In this document: one piece after another, positions 28,883 through 38,954 of the stretch
Numbering within the stretch: position 1 is the stretch's first letter
Layout: each line of letters starts with the position of its first letter
Origin: Bdellovibrionota bacterium
Lineage (GTDB): Bacteria > Bdellovibrionota_C > UBA2361 > CALJRW01
Assembly: GCA_041740355.1 (NCBI GenBank)
Contig: JBGSMD010000030.1
Location: forward strand, 96,001-160,000
DNA length: 64,000 bases
Reading direction: 5' to 3'
Program-made: the position numbers and the translations under genes
Notes under the pieces: model-generated
Told to the model about the DNA's origin: nothing
The model's database searches: none
Seen by the model: the letters and a program-made list of their open reading frames with translations, nothing else

Positions 28883-29494
28883 ATGTCTGTTTCTGCGGTC
28901 CAAAAGGACCAAGTTGTTATTTCTCCGCTTGTTAATCTTGCCACTACCAATCTGGCATCTTACCAAAGCACTCTTGGTAATCTGGCTCGTGTTCTTAAAA
29001 ATGTTAATTGTACAGTGCTTAGTAAAAGCATTAGTGACTTATTTATTAATCCTAAAAACCAAGAAATTTTAAATGATCCCAAAATTAATACCCTGGCTAG
29101 TAAGTTAGTGCAGGGATTTTTGCATTTGCAGCGGGAATATTTAACGGAAGCTTTAACTTACCTTTCCCTTCACACTTCTAAGTTAAAGCTACAGGGGGAG
29201 GAAACTATTCCTGCAATTTCTGATACTAGCCTTAAGTCGGCGATTCGAGTCCTTGGCGTTCCAAGATTTGAAGATAGATTTAAAAAGCGAATTATTATTA
29301 ATCTTGTTGAAGCACTTTCGGATCCTGCTATTCGTAAAGAAATTAAGTTAAGTGGCGAATCTGATTCAAAGAATCAAGAGAATCTTAGAACTTACCTATT
29401 GGTTGAAGCTACATTGAAATTTCGCGATGAGGTTATAGATCTTGTTACTAGGCAAGATCTTAAACAATTCAATTCAAAAAATTCAATTAACTAA
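28883..29494 (+). CDS. Hypothetical protein
   Basis: 203-aa ORF, helical character, no recognised motif. Confidence 0.6.
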   Translation: MSVSAVQKDQVVISPLVNLATTNLASYQSTLGNLARVLKNVNCTVLSKSISDLFINPKNQEILNDPKINTLASKLVQGFLHLQREYLTEALTYLSLHTSKLKLQGEETIPAISDTSLKSAIRVLGVPRFEDRFKKRIIINLVEALSDPAIRKEIKLSGESDSKNQENLRTYLLVEATLKFRDEVIDLVTRQDLKQFNSKNSIN

Positions 29495-29528
29495 GTACAT
29501 TTAGGCAGGTACTAAATTTATTTCTAAA

Positions 29529-32500
29529 CTAACTGTCTGTATTTTCTGCTGGTAAAGTTACCTTAGGTTTTTGTTTATACCATCCCCCATTAGTAGTGTA
29601 GGCATCAAAGCCCCACTTAACCCAGTGGATAATTGATGCAGCTAACCAAAGAGCCCAAAGTAGCATTAGGATTCTGTAATACCAAATATCAAAAGCAAGA
29701 AACCAAGGCATTGGAATGGATCCAGTCGTTAAATCCTGATACCAATTAAGACTAAAACTACTGGAATAATTTCCAGCAATCTTCATCACTGGGGATCCAA
29801 GGAGTCCTGTTTTAATTGCTTGGTATAATGCTTGAAATGCCCAGAAAGACCAGAAAGCTAAAAAGATTTGCATTAATGGAAATCTTAAAGTGTGATTAGA
29901 AAGTTTGGTTTTTGCTCGGAGGCCAAGAAAAACAAACCATGTAATTACCATTAGATTGAGGCCGATGTTTACCTGACTTAATCCGATTAATAACAAGCAC
30001 CACTGATAAAATTTAAGTGGCAGATCTTTAAAACGGCTGAGAATAAATGCTAGGAAAATAGCGAGAGGAAAATATCCCCAGAAAAGAACGGCTGGGCCGT
30101 AATTCGTTCCACCAGTTGCAACTACCCAACTTCTTTCTGATAATTGATAATTTAAATTTAAATTTGCGGTCGGGGCATTAAGTTTAATTTCAGGTAATTT
30201 GTAATATTTATTAAGAGCTTTTTTCTCACGCCACTCGATATCAATTGTTTGCGAACCAGGAATTAAATTCAAATCTATTTTACTAGAATCAGCTTTAAAT
30301 GACTGCGCTAGTTGATTAATCTTAACACTGGTAATTTCAATACCAACTGGCAGATCAAGAGGATGAATTTCTCCTTTACTAGACTTAATCAAAAAATTAA
30401 GGGAATATTTTTGTAAATCTTTACCAAGATTTGCTGTTAGGTTCAAAGATTCAATTGTTTTGGTTGTACCAACAATTCCAATTGGCTTCTCAAGTTTTAT
30501 GGCTAAACTTTCACCGGGCCTAGGATGCCATTCGGGAATTTCTTGGTTGAAATAAATCCTTGGTGTTCCGGTGTAATCAAAATGCCAAAGATTGCTAGCA
30601 CTTAAATACCAAATCTCATTCCAAATTTTATTATTAGCAGCTGTCAGCTCAACTTTGTCAGTCGCTTTTAAAATAGATTTAAAAGTTTTTTGGTATTCAT
30701 TAGGCTTAAATTCAGCAATTAAGTCGCCATTTTTTACTTCAACTCCCGGAGTAACTAATGATTCATCCTTTAGGAGGGCATAGCGAATTTCAAAGCTACT
30801 ATTAGCAGGGGAAATCCTTTGAATGGTAGTAGTAATAGTGGCATCATAAGCTAATTCAATTTGCCGACTAATCGTAAATTGTTGTGCAAGTTTTAGTGGT
30901 TTAACAGTGTCTTTTTCGTTACTATCGGGCGCAGATTTTTGTGCAATTGTTTTTTGAATTTTAGTTAAACTAATTACTTGATCAACTTTTCCGGAGTCAC
31001 TAATCCCCGTAACTATCCAATCTTTTACTTGGAATTTTCCATAGCTAGGAATTACAGGGAAGGCCAGATTTATAGTTTCTCGATCTTTTAGTGTCCCTGA
31101 TAGTACTAAATTATTAATTCCCTGTTTAAGGGCAACTAATAATAATTCTCCCGATGTTTTTAGTCGTAGTGCTTCACTAGTATCGTTGATGGTAATCTCT
31201 TCTACCGAAAAATCTGTTCTATTAAAAGGTAGCGTAAAGTAGGAATCGCTTAAGCTATGAACTTCAAAACTCAATTTGAATTTCTGCTCCTCAAGATCAA
31301 TCTCAAACTGAGCAATATTTGCACAATTTGGTAAACATTCGGGAGCTTCTTGTTGATTCTTACTGACATAGTTAGATAGATCCTGAAGAATGCGATCGTT
31401 TGGAAAGATGCCATTAGGGTCTGCTTCTTGAGCCATGACCTCTGTTTGGCTAATGAGTAAACAAAATAAAATTGCCAGGCCTTTTGACATCGGGATCCTG
31501 AAAGGTAAAGAATTAAATAAAAATCTTGCTAGTAAAAGCATGATTAAAATCGCTCTTAAAAAGCTGAGGAAAATATTTTGAGTCGGGGAAATTAAACTAA
31601 ATTCAATTTTTTGATCTTGAATCACAGGAGTTCTCCATCCAAAGCTGTATGAATTGCTCGATTGCCAGTTAGAAACACCCCGACCAGTTTGTACGGCTTG
31701 ATCGATATTGGTTTGATAAAGTTGTTTAGCAACGTTTACCTTACTTTCCTCGCTCTCGTATGTAGCAGATTTTTTCATACGAGAGAGTGAGCCAATCAAA
31801 CCACCAGAGGCAGAAGGCATATCTGCAGACTCCATTATCTGCGAGGCTGGGGCAACAGAATCTGCTCTTCCTTCAAAATTACCATAAGCATAATCAGCTT
31901 CTTGATTAAAATAAACTCCTTTTAGTTGGGGGTGAATGGCGAGCTTGATGTCATTAAAAATTGCCACCAGAACAAAAAGTGCCGTGCCAGCAATGATTGT
32001 AAATTTAAATTTATTACAAAAGCTGACAAATCTTTGATGTTTAACATAGAAAGCTAATGCAGCCAGAGCTGTCGCAAAAAGAATAATTCCAGTTATGCTA
32101 AAAATTGTTTTTTCAAAGAGGAGTAAAGCACTAAAAGCTAATAAGGAACTCTGCCAATTATAAACTTTGAAGATAGCGACAACAGTAAGCATTACCAGAA
32201 AAATATCTAACAAGGTCCATTTAGCAAACCAACTACCGTTCACATAATCAACCCCCCAGATGTGAAATAATTGCCAACCGGGGGCTAAATACAAACTGTT
32301 ACTAATTGAATTAAATTCTGATTTCCAACCAGGGAAGTTTAATTCCTTAATATTTGCTACTTGGCTATTCGCAGTTAAATTAAGATCTCCAGGTCGTACT
32401 TCGATTCCAACTAACTCACCAGAAGTCGAAGTTTTTGTGATCAGTTGATCAATCCCATTAATATTTACATTTCCTAGATTATAATCTGGATCGATTGTTA

Positions 32501-33644
32501 AGTGTTGATCGCTAGCAATTTGACCACTTACTTGGTCGCGGATTGAGAAGGAGCTACCATCAAAATTTAACTTAACAACGCGATTTAAATTTAACGAATT
32601 ACTAGACTGCTTTGCTTCGCCTCTTTTTCTCTCAATAATTTGTAAAGTTTGAGTAGGCTCAATTTTATAGGTATTAAGATTCTGCCATTCTGAAGGAATA
32701 TTATATAATGTTGGATCGATCGCACTAGCACCGCTTAAATCAACCACTCGTAGGCTTGGATTACTGGCAAAGGACCAAAGTTCAAAAGGAACCCAGTCTT
32801 CACCAGTTGGAAAACTAACTGCTTCCAGCGCAGCACTTCGATAACTTTCTGTTTGAATTGTGTAAGAACCAGCACGCGCTTGCACTATGATGTTTCCTTG
32901 TTGATCGATATTAATTGGTAGTTCTGAGCTAATATTGGTTAAGGCAAATCCTGGCAGGCTAATTTGATTAAGTTTTATTTCACGGGATTTTCCAGAGATT
33001 TCTAATTTAACTATTGTTTCTAATTTAGCAGGAAGATTATCCTCTATTCTGCGAAAAACTTTTAAATCTAAATAATTGATTTCCGCGGTAACTACCTCCG
33101 TTGTAGATTGATTAAGTGTTAAGTGTCCGTTCTGCACATTAGGAAAAGAAAGTTTTTCACCATCTAGAGTAATATTTAAGAGGGCAACATTTGGGGGTAA
33201 ATTAAATTTATCGGGAAGAGTAGCCCAAAAATAATCACCTGAAATTTGATATTCACCAGCTTCTAAATAAATTGTTGGAGTACCATTAATATTTGTGATT
33301 GGTTCTAGCTTATTATTTACTTTCACAGCCTGGGGCCAGAACTGCAGACTACCAGGAAGATTAATTGTCCCTTTGTCATCTAAAATTACGTTGTAAGTAA
33401 AATTTCCTCCACTAGAATTTAAAGCTAAGTTTAATTTTGATTCCCAAGAACAGATTCGTTCTTCAAAGTTTCGAAAGTTAAAATTACATTTGTTGATTTC
33501 TAAATCTCGACTGACCCACTTGACCCACGGCTTTAGATTGTCGGGGATGCTTTCCTGCCAATTAGGATTAGCGAATAAGCTTTGTGGAAGAAGGACAAGT
33601 AAGATAATTATTTGGATAAGTATTTTCATGGTATTGAAAAGCAA
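29529..33644 (-). CDS. Large uncharacterised multi-pass membrane protein with large extracytoplasmic domains
   Basis: 1371-aa ORF; signal peptide; two TM clusters; Trp/Pro-rich motifs (PDNLKPWVKW, GPAVLFW, YRILMLLWALWLA). Confidence 0.85.
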   Translation of the reverse strand: MLFNTMKILIQIIILLVLLPQSLFANPNWQESIPDNLKPWVKWVSRDLEINKCNFNFRNFEERICSWESKLNLALNSSGGNFTYNVILDDKGTINLPGSLQFWPQAVKVNNKLEPITNINGTPTIYLEAGEYQISGDYFWATLPDKFNLPPNVALLNITLDGEKLSFPNVQNGHLTLNQSTTEVVTAEINYLDLKVFRRIEDNLPAKLETIVKLEISGKSREIKLNQISLPGFALTNISSELPINIDQQGNIIVQARAGSYTIQTESYRSAALEAVSFPTGEDWVPFELWSFASNPSLRVVDLSGASAIDPTLYNIPSEWQNLNTYKIEPTQTLQIIERKRGEAKQSSNSLNLNRVVKLNFDGSSFSIRDQVSGQIASDQHLTIDPDYNLGNVNINGIDQLITKTSTSGELVGIEVRPGDLNLTANSQVANIKELNFPGWKSEFNSISNSLYLAPGWQLFHIWGVDYVNGSWFAKWTLLDIFLVMLTVVAIFKVYNWQSSLLAFSALLLFEKTIFSITGIILFATALAALAFYVKHQRFVSFCNKFKFTIIAGTALFVLVAIFNDIKLAIHPQLKGVYFNQEADYAYGNFEGRADSVAPASQIMESADMPSASGGLIGSLSRMKKSATYESEESKVNVAKQLYQTNIDQAVQTGRGVSNWQSSNSYSFGWRTPVIQDQKIEFSLISPTQNIFLSFLRAILIMLLLARFLFNSLPFRIPMSKGLAILFCLLISQTEVMAQEADPNGIFPNDRILQDLSNYVSKNQQEAPECLPNCANIAQFEIDLEEQKFKLSFEVHSLSDSYFTLPFNRTDFSVEEITINDTSEALRLKTSGELLLVALKQGINNLVLSGTLKDRETINLAFPVIPSYGKFQVKDWIVTGISDSGKVDQVISLTKIQKTIAQKSAPDSNEKDTVKPLKLAQQFTISRQIELAYDATITTTIQRISPANSSFEIRYALLKDESLVTPGVEVKNGDLIAEFKPNEYQKTFKSILKATDKVELTAANNKIWNEIWYLSASNLWHFDYTGTPRIYFNQEIPEWHPRPGESLAIKLEKPIGIVGTTKTIESLNLTANLGKDLQKYSLNFLIKSSKGEIHPLDLPVGIEITSVKINQLAQSFKADSSKIDLNLIPGSQTIDIEWREKKALNKYYKLPEIKLNAPTANLNLNYQLSERSWVVATGGTNYGPAVLFWGYFPLAIFLAFILSRFKDLPLKFYQWCLLLIGLSQVNIGLNLMVITWFVFLGLRAKTKLSNHTLRFPLMQIFLAFWSFWAFQALYQAIKTGLLGSPVMKIAGNYSSSFSLNWYQDLTTGSIPMPWFLAFDIWYYRILMLLWALWLAASIIHWVKWGFDAYTTNGGWYKQKPKVTLPAENTDS

Positions 33645-33777
33645 GAAATATTGGGTACTTACTTTACTATAGTAGAAAGATTTTTGACTTACTAGAAGAA
33701 AAATAAGGTCTTTCCCTAATATTTACGACTGGCATGGTTCAAATACTTAATGCTATGATTAGAGACTTTGATAAAGT

Positions 33778-34935
33778 TTGATTTTTCGAAATTTGCATAC
33801 TGTGCCTTACAAAACTTTAAATGATTCCGCTGTAACTGTTGCCCAGATTAACCTGGCAAATTTGGCACATAATTTTTCAGTTATAAAAAAATTAGCCGGT
33901 AGCGCTGGTGTTATGGCAATGGTTAAGGCCGATGCATATGGCCATGGGATGATTCCAGTTTCGGAGCGACTAATTTCTTTAGGGGTAGATTACTTAGGAG
34001 TTGCCTTTGTGGATGAGGGAATTGCTCTTCGTGAAGCTGGGATTAAAGTTCCGATATTAGTTACTGGAGGTATTCTTGGCAAGCAATTTGCACAGTTCTT
34101 AGAGTATGATTTAGAGATTACACTATCTTCCCTTTTTAAATTAGAAGAGTTGGAGGCTGTTTGTCAGTTAAAAAATAAAAAAGCCTTAGTGCATTTAAAA
34201 ATCGATACTGGTATGGAGCGAATTGGAATTCACTCAGCAAATGCCAGTAAGTTAATTGATCGGGCAATTAAGTCTAAGTGGCTTGAGATCAAAGGAATCT
34301 ACTCCCATTTTGCTTGTGCTGATCATACTGATACAAGTTTTACTAAACTACAATTAGAAAAGTTTTTAACTGTTACCGATTATTTTGAAAAACAAAACTA
34401 TAATGGCAAAGTATTAAGGCACATCACTAACTCTGCTGGACTTGTTACTTGTCCTGAAAGTTGTTTGGATTTAGTACGACCAGGGATTTTTCTTTATGGC
34501 TGTTACCCGAATAATAATTTTCATCTAGCAGTTGATCTGCTGCCAGTTTTATCACTAACTTCTAAAATTGTTTATTTTAAAGTGGTTCCTGCCAATACAG
34601 GGGTAAGCTATAGTCACAGTTGGAAATCTACGGAGCAAACAAGAGTCGTGACTTTACCGATTGGGTATGGCCATGGATATAGTAGGTCTCTGTCAAATCG
34701 GGCCGACGTTTTGATTCATGGAAAACGTTTCTCGCTTGTGGGAAATATTTGTATGGATCAGTTGATGGTAAATCTAAGAGATCAAGAAGCTTATGTAGAT
34801 GATTCTGTTATTCTTATTGGCAGTGATGGCCAAGAGAAAATTAGTGCGGAAGAACTAGCTGAATTAGTAGGAACAATCTCTTATGAAATTTTAACTAATC
34901 TTAAATCTCGAATTGCCAGGATTTATCAGAACTAG
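33778..34935 (+). CDS. alr: Alanine racemase
   Basis: VKADAYGHG, HLKIDTGMERIG, SHF, RPG, PIGYGHG, ICMDQ and TISYE motifs. Confidence 0.96.
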   Translation: MIFRNLHTVPYKTLNDSAVTVAQINLANLAHNFSVIKKLAGSAGVMAMVKADAYGHGMIPVSERLISLGVDYLGVAFVDEGIALREAGIKVPILVTGGILGKQFAQFLEYDLEITLSSLFKLEELEAVCQLKNKKALVHLKIDTGMERIGIHSANASKLIDRAIKSKWLEIKGIYSHFACADHTDTSFTKLQLEKFLTVTDYFEKQNYNGKVLRHITNSAGLVTCPESCLDLVRPGIFLYGCYPNNNFHLAVDLLPVLSLTSKIVYFKVVPANTGVSYSHSWKSTEQTRVVTLPIGYGHGYSRSLSNRADVLIHGKRFSLVGNICMDQLMVNLRDQEAYVDDSVILIGSDGQEKISAEELAELVGTISYEILTNLKSRIARIYQN

Positions 34936-34948
34936 TTTTTGAACTTCT

Positions 34949-36010
34949 ATGAACGATACTCAAATCTCCGCTAAACTCTTAAATGCTGCGGAATTATTCC
35001 ACTACGCAAATAAATTTCGGGGACAACTCTTCGTGATTCTTTTTAAAAATCAGGCTGATTTTTTTAGTTTAATTAGCGATATAAAAGTTTTGCATAAAGC
35101 TCAGATTAATTTGATTGTGGTCCTTGAGCAGGCTATGGATTTTGCTATGGTACAAGAGCATTGTCGCTTCGACCTTGAGTTTAAAACCTTAGAGATTACT
35201 GATTATTCCAAAAACACTGAGATCCTCATACTACAGGAACAAGGTTTTTGCCCTGTTGTAAATTTACACTTGGGTTCTACGATTGATTTGATTGAAGATC
35301 TGAACACTAAACGCTTAGTAAATAAGTTAATTTTTGCAGGGTCATATCAACCATTAATGATTGCTGATCAGGTGAAATATTTTATTTCTAAAGGTGATAT
35401 GATTCAAAATGTTCAACATAATGAATCATATAAATTATTAACGGAGTATTTTCATTTACTAGATCATCAAACTGACTTAGTTTTAATTCCAGCAAAACAA
35501 GGGGAATTATTTCGGGAAATCTTTACCTACATGGGTGCCGGAACATTAATAACTGCTCAAACTGAAATATTATTTCAGACTGCCTTACTAAAACAAGTTT
35601 CACAAATTTATTACATTTTACTGACCTATGTAGATGAAGGTTTAATTCTGCCCATTAGCGAAAAGGAAATAGCCGAAAGAATTAATGATTTTTTTGTGCT
35701 CAGTATTGATGAGGAAGTAATCGGGGTTGTATCAATCAAGATTTACGAGCAAGCGGCGGAAGTCGCCAAGCTTTGTACGCTCCCTAGATATAGAAATAAG
35801 GGTTTAGCCAGTAGTTTGATTCAACAAGTTATTGCTTATTGTCAGGAGCGCGATTTGGATTACTTGTTTGCCTTAAGCCGTAATAAAAATGTCTTGGATA
35901 TTTTTAGAAGCTTTGGATTTCAAGATTGTGAGAGAGAGGAGTTGCCTTTGACATGGCAAGCTGGTTACGATTTTGCAAGGCCCTCCAAGTCTTGTCGCTT
36001 GAAAATCTAG
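34949..36010 (+). CDS. ArgA-like N-acetyltransferase (eroded amino-acid-kinase-like domain + GNAT)
   Basis: YANKFRGQLFVI and EIFTYMGAGTLI match ArgA hallmarks; GNAT YRNKGLAS; ELP...Y...RPSK tail. Confidence 0.7.
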   Translation: MNDTQISAKLLNAAELFHYANKFRGQLFVILFKNQADFFSLISDIKVLHKAQINLIVVLEQAMDFAMVQEHCRFDLEFKTLEITDYSKNTEILILQEQGFCPVVNLHLGSTIDLIEDLNTKRLVNKLIFAGSYQPLMIADQVKYFISKGDMIQNVQHNESYKLLTEYFHLLDHQTDLVLIPAKQGELFREIFTYMGAGTLITAQTEILFQTALLKQVSQIYYILLTYVDEGLILPISEKEIAERINDFFVLSIDEEVIGVVSIKIYEQAAEVAKLCTLPRYRNKGLASSLIQQVIAYCQERDLDYLFALSRNKNVLDIFRSFGFQDCEREELPLTWQAGYDFARPSKSCRLKI

Positions 36011-36107
36011 GGGTTTGATTTTATTTTTCTACGGCAAAAAATAGCTAAGCTATTATTTTGCTCTCCGACCGGCATTCATTTTTTATTTAAAAATAGATGC
36101 CGGTCGG
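36011..36107. repeat. Partial copy of the 9118-9375 structured element
   Basis: GGGTTTG..TTTTCTACGGCAAAA-hairpin-ATTTTGCTC followed by a CCGACCGGCAT..ATGCCGGTCGG hairpin. Confidence 0.75.
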
Positions 36108-36307
36108 TTTATACTTGCTTTATCTTTCCTAAATGACTAGTATCATTACTTATTTGATATTTAACCAAGAATTCCTATAATTAGTATGAATTTTAAGGTT
36201 ATGCGGTTAATAAAATAATGCGATATTGTATTTTACCTGAAAATCGAGTTAGCTTAGCTCTCAAAAGGTAAAACAGCTTAAACGTCATTATAATTTAATT
36301 TGTTGTT

Positions 36308-36604
36308 ATGAATAAATCTGAACTCATTGAAAAATTAGCAATTAAATCAAACATCAGTATTCTACAGGCTGAAGAGATCATTAACTTAATCTTTCGAAAG
36401 ATGCGTGATACCTTGGTGAGTGATGGAAGAATTGAAATCCGTGGTTTCGGTAGTTTTGTTGTTAAAAAATACCAATCCTATAAAGGGCGAAACCCTAAGA
36501 CTGGTGATGAAATTCCAGTTCCTGATAAGAGATTGCCAGCTTTTAAAGTAGGTAAAGAATTAAAAGAGCGAGTCGATGCCTATCGCAAGCCTGGTGAGTC
36601 GTAG
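36308..36604 (+). CDS. ihfB: Integration host factor beta / HU family DNA-binding protein
   Basis: MNKSELI, RIEIRGFGSF, GRNPKTG and FKVGKELKERV motifs. Confidence 0.88.
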   Translation: MNKSELIEKLAIKSNISILQAEEIINLIFRKMRDTLVSDGRIEIRGFGSFVVKKYQSYKGRNPKTGDEIPVPDKRLPAFKVGKELKERVDAYRKPGES

Positions 36605-36611
36605 TTCTAAG

Positions 36612-36899
36612 ATGCATTTACCACAAAGAATCAAAGTTCAAGCCTTACTTCAATCTAGATACAGTGTGGAGCAGTGTAATGATTTTTCTGGATTAAATCG
36701 TCCTGCGAATTGGGATAACCGCGTATCTGGGCAGGATCAAATATTAACTACTGAAGGCCATGAAATTCTCCTAAGGTCTAATGGTGCGCAGTCTACACCG
36801 AAGGTTGGTTGGGTTCTGTTATTAACTTCGGGCAATCCCGCCGAAGGTTATGACTGGACATTGTATGGTATCCCTAAAGTTGTTCAGAATCAGTCGTAA
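36612..36899 (+). CDS. Small hypothetical protein (ATG at 36612 preferred over 36576, which overlaps ihfB)
   Basis: Open frame with protein-like composition (QSTPKVGW, WTLYG). Confidence 0.6.
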   Translation: MHLPQRIKVQALLQSRYSVEQCNDFSGLNRPANWDNRVSGQDQILTTEGHEILLRSNGAQSTPKVGWVLLLTSGNPAEGYDWTLYGIPKVVQNQS

Positions 36900-36951
36900 A
36901 AGATCTACCGCTTATTAAAATAAATTCTTATTAGATAAGTCTTTTGGGGGG

Positions 36952-37098
36952 ATATAGTTATTACAAAAAATAAATTACGTATAAATAAAATAGCGTAGCT
37001 TGTTTTTTGTAATAACTATATGTTTTTACTACGCTTGCGGGGGATAGAAAGCCCCAAAAAGTAGTTTCCTTACGTAAATTACTTTTTGGACTTTCTAT
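36952..37098. repeat. Two tandem TATAG...CTATA-type miniature inverted-repeat elements
   Basis: Perfect 19-bp IR ATATAGTTATTACAAAAAA (36952-36970 / 37003-37021) and ATAGAAAG..CCAAAAAGTA / TACTTTTTGG..CTTTCTAT (37044-37098). Confidence 0.8.
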
Positions 37099-37128
37099 AC
37101 TCAGTTTTTTAAATTTTATAAATGAAGC

Positions 37129-38133
37129 ATGAAAATTACTAATCCGAAAATTGCCATTGTTGGATGTACTGGGGTTGTTGGTACCGAGATGTTAAATGTC
37201 TTAAAGGAACGTAATTTTCCTTATGCCGAGATTCGACTATTAGCTTCAGCTAATTCGGCTGGCGAATTATATGATTTTGATGATCAAGAATTGATCGTTG
37301 AAGAGTTAAATGAAAATTCTTTTGAACAGGTTGATATTGCATTATTTGCTACAAGTGCCGAATTATCTGCTAAGTATGTTCCTTGTGCTCAAAAAGCGGG
37401 TGCAATTTCGATTGATAACTCTAGCTATTATCGGATGGATCCGAATGTTCCACTTATTGTGCCGGAGGTAAATGCCCACGCTATTCAAGCAAGTGATTTT
37501 ATTATTGCCAATCCAAATTGCTCCACGATTCAGTTAGTTCCAGTTCTAAAAGCTTTAGAAAAAGCCGCGGGAATAAAGCGAGTAGTTGTTTCTACCTATC
37601 AGGCAGTATCTGGGGCAGGAAAAGCAGCGATGGAAGAACTTTGGCAACAGACTGTTGGGATTTTAAATCAAAAAGAAGTTGCGCCAGAAGCATTTTTACA
37701 CCAAATTGCGTTTAACTGCATTCCTCAAATTGATGTTTTTCGTGAGGATGGTTATTCCAAAGAAGAAGCCAAAGTGATGGCAGAGAGCCGCAAGATTTTA
37801 GAGTTACCTGAACTTGCTATAACCTGCACTGCCGTTCGTGTTCCAGTTTTTAATTCTCATGCCGAGAGTGTTAATGTGGAGTTAAAACAAGATTTATCTT
37901 GGGAAGATTTAATAGCCAAGTTAAAAGATACTCCTGGTGTTAATGTTTCGACTGATGCCAGTGACTATCCAATGCAGATTAATGTATCTGGTACCGATGA
38001 AATTTTTGTCGGTCGAATTCGTCGTGATACTTCAGTTCCTTATGGTTATAATTTTTGGATTGTCGCGGATAATCTCAAAAAAGGTGCGGCACTTAATGCT
38101 GTGCAGATTGCCGAATTATTAATTGCCAAATAG
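37129..38133 (+). CDS. asd: Aspartate-semialdehyde dehydrogenase
   Basis: GCTGVVG, DNSS, NPNCST, STYQAVSGAG, RVPVFNSH and DNLKKGAALNAVQ motifs. Confidence 0.97.
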   Translation: MKITNPKIAIVGCTGVVGTEMLNVLKERNFPYAEIRLLASANSAGELYDFDDQELIVEELNENSFEQVDIALFATSAELSAKYVPCAQKAGAISIDNSSYYRMDPNVPLIVPEVNAHAIQASDFIIANPNCSTIQLVPVLKALEKAAGIKRVVVSTYQAVSGAGKAAMEELWQQTVGILNQKEVAPEAFLHQIAFNCIPQIDVFREDGYSKEEAKVMAESRKILELPELAITCTAVRVPVFNSHAESVNVELKQDLSWEDLIAKLKDTPGVNVSTDASDYPMQINVSGTDEIFVGRIRRDTSVPYGYNFWIVADNLKKGAALNAVQIAELLIAK

Positions 38134-38136
38134 TTA

Positions 38137-38898
38137 TTGCTCAATCGATATGCCATGCTCAATTACAAGATTATTTTGGAGTATGATGGTTCTAGTTTTC
38201 AAGGCTGGCACCAACAAAAAAACCAGGCTTCGATCTCACAAGAATTATTAAAAACTTTGGCCATCATTTTGCCGTCTCCAGTGAATGAGATATTTGCTTC
38301 GGGACGAACGGATTCGGGAGTACATGCCAGAGGACAGGTGGCAAATTTTCATTATCCCGATAATCTTGATCTACAGGCCTTAGCGCTTAGCATTAGCAGT
38401 TTATTACGTGGTCGAGTAGCTGTTATCGGAATAGAGATAGTTCCCGACGATTTTCATGCCCGTTACTCAGCTATAGGGAAAACTTATAGTTATCAAATTT
38501 TAAATCGTGCTGCGCCACCAACAATCAATCGAAATCAAGTTTGGCATGTTCCACAAAAATTAAATTTAGAATTAATGCAATTGCAATCTAAAGATTTAAT
38601 TGGTGAACACGACTTCACTAGTTTTCGTGCGAGCAATTGTGAAGCCAAGTCTGCTATTCGAACAATTACTGAAATTAATTTTCAAGTTAATGGGGATCTA
38701 ATTCGAATTGAAGTCTCGGGAGAGGGGTTTTTAAAGCAAATGGTAAGAAATATAGTTGGTACACTGGTCGATTTTGGAATGGGTAGTAGCCGACTAAAAA
38801 ACTCTTCCATTAAACAAATTTTAGATTCTAAGGATCGACATCTAGCTGGACAAACCGCCCCAGCAGAGGGACTCTGTTTGGAACAAGTTTTTTACTAA
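38137..38898 (+). CDS. truA: tRNA pseudouridine(38-40) synthase (start may be ATG 38155)
   Basis: YDGSSFQGW, GRTDSGVHA, GEHDFTSF, GFLKQMVRNIVG and TAPAEGL motifs. Confidence 0.96.
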   Translation: MLNRYAMLNYKIILEYDGSSFQGWHQQKNQASISQELLKTLAIILPSPVNEIFASGRTDSGVHARGQVANFHYPDNLDLQALALSISSLLRGRVAVIGIEIVPDDFHARYSAIGKTYSYQILNRAAPPTINRNQVWHVPQKLNLELMQLQSKDLIGEHDFTSFRASNCEAKSAIRTITEINFQVNGDLIRIEVSGEGFLKQMVRNIVGTLVDFGMGSSRLKNSSIKQILDSKDRHLAGQTAPAEGLCLEQVFY

Positions 38899-38954
38899 AT
38901 TAATATTTAGATTAGGCGAGATTGCCGTTAAATTAATAATTTCTAGATTTAATT

